Below, one piece after another: positions 5,317-5,669 of a stretch of DNA of 5,669 bases. The stretch is from a virus: the IMG/VR virus record IMGVR_UViG_3300045988_000381, positions 1-5,669 of that record; one strand, written 5' to 3'. Position 1 is the first letter of the stretch; each line of letters starts with the position of its first letter. Both the position numbers and the translations under genes were made by a program. A model generated the notes under the pieces. The model worked only from the letters and a program-made list of their open reading frames with translations. It had not been told where the DNA came from and ran no database searches.

Positions 5317-5439
5317 TTACAGCCGGATGCCGCCCCGCATGGGCTTCTGACTGAGGTTGATCGTTTTGGTTTTTCGTGCTGTTACGTTGAACATACGGCG
5401 GTCTTTTGCGCCGTTCATCTTCTTACGATGCTGTGCCAT
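5317..5439 (-). CDS. Small basic DNA-binding/packaging protein (ORF8 / phiX174 J-like), 40 aa: MAQHRKKMNGAKDRRMFNVTARKTKTINLSQKPMRGGIRL
   Basis: Hand translation gives ATG 5439..5437 and TAA 5319..5317. SD AAGGGAG lies 7 nt upstream. The protein has 11 Arg/Lys in 40 residues and a C-terminal MRGGIRL motif, which I recall from small basic proteins of gokushovirus-like genomes. It overlaps the end of the 75-aa ORF by 17 nt and is below the ORF-track cutoff. Confidence 0.7.
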   Translation of the reverse strand: MAQHRKKMNGAKDRRMFNVTARKTKTINLSQKPMRGGIRL

Positions 5440-5650
5440 CGGTGTACTCCCTTCTGATCAGTTCCATTTCGATTGCGTTTGCAAAACTTTTCTCCCGCCA
5501 GATTTCTTCCAGCACAATTTTTGCATCTTCTATGTTGCTTAGCTTTCGTAGCATTTTATATCCAGCGTTGATTTCTTTGTATTTTTTTTCAAGGAGGCGT
5601 TTTAGTGATTCTTCGGGCTGGTCTCGTATATTCCATGTTTTGTGCATCAT
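5423..5650 (-). CDS. Hypothetical 75-aa protein, predicted all-helical, charged, no transmembrane segment; spans the circular junction
   Basis: The ORF begins MMHKTW with an SD AAAGGAA 8 nt upstream (seen in the copy at 71..84). Its 3' end is coupled to the basic-protein gene. I recognise no family. Confidence 0.55.
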   Translation of the reverse strand: MMHKTWNIRDQPEESLKRLLEKKYKEINAGYKMLRKLSNIEDAKIVLEEIWREKSFANAIEMELIRREYTDGTAS

Positions 5651-5669
5651 TGTTGTGTTCCTTTCCAGG
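5581..5669. repeat. Terminal redundancy, copy 2 (identical to 1..89)
   Basis: Same comparison as for copy 1. Confidence 0.95.

Larger units (their letters stand above)
1..5580 (-). other. Complete circular Microviridae (gokushovirus-like) genome, unit length 5580 nt; all genes on the window minus strand
   Basis: Exact 89-nt redundancy between the window ends. The full microvirus core set is present (VP1 capsid, VP2 pilot, VP3 scaffold, VP4 HUH Rep, small basic DNA-binding protein), in a compact arrangement with overlapping stop/start codons. Confidence 0.9.

Noticed and set aside
3415-5457. Long + strand ORFs from the track (3415..3972 185 aa, 3446..3715 89 aa, 4180..4776 198 aa, 4611..5105 164 aa, 4936..5457 173 aa, 4943..5152 69 aa)
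   Set aside because: All lie antisense to well-supported capsid, scaffold and small-protein genes. Their products are Cys/Phe/Leu/Val-rich, as expected when a T-rich complement strand is translated. No promoter or SD was seen, and microviruses encode all known genes on one strand.
5582-5589. T8 (A8 on the coding strand) homopolymer inside the 75-aa ORF (codons E-K-K-Y), also at 2..9, as a programmed slippage or phase-variation site
   Set aside because: It is a single short run encoding Lys-Lys in frame, and I saw no alternative-frame ORF of interest downstream. Its position at the contig start looks coincidental. It would be worth a glance only if reads show length heterogeneity.

Overview
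The window is one complete, circularly permuted genome of a small ssDNA phage of the family Microviridae (gokushovirus-like), not a chromosomal fragment. Bases 1..89 recur exactly at 5581..5669, so the unit genome is 5580 nt and the window overruns the circle. Every credible gene lies on the window minus strand, so the given + strand is the complement of the coding strand. In transcription order they are: M15 peptidase (608..216), a 34-aa ORF (213..109), a 75-aa ORF crossing the junction (5650..5423), a 40-aa Arg/Lys-rich ORF8/J-like protein (5439..5317), a 79-aa protein in the ORF5 position (5298..5059), scaffold VP3 (5066..4668), major capsid VP1 (4671..3004), pilot/minor capsid VP2 (2965..2072) and HUH replication initiator VP4 (2075..1056). 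Genes are packed with ATGA or 8-17 nt overlaps, and nearly all have a purine-rich Shine-Dalgarno. Two of these ORFs (34 aa, 40 aa) fall below the ORF-track cutoff and were found by hand translation. The most unusual part is the single long non-coding region, 609..1055. Read on the coding strand it holds a 14-bp hairpin directly after the VP4 stop, then a 46-nt CG-rich alternating purine-pyrimidine tract, an AT-rich stretch, and eight phased TTTCAACA iterons that include a perfect 31-bp duplication. It ends in a near-consensus sigma70-type promoter with an extended -10, which fires into the peptidase gene. Together with the peptidase and the two orphan ORFs, this forms an accessory cassette inserted between VP4 and the ORF8/ORF5 genes. 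A GNRA-capped hairpin between VP1 and VP2 looks like a leaky terminator and also separates the VP2 start codon from its only Shine-Dalgarno. Functional claims about the non-coding elements are inference. No database search or folding calculation could be run.
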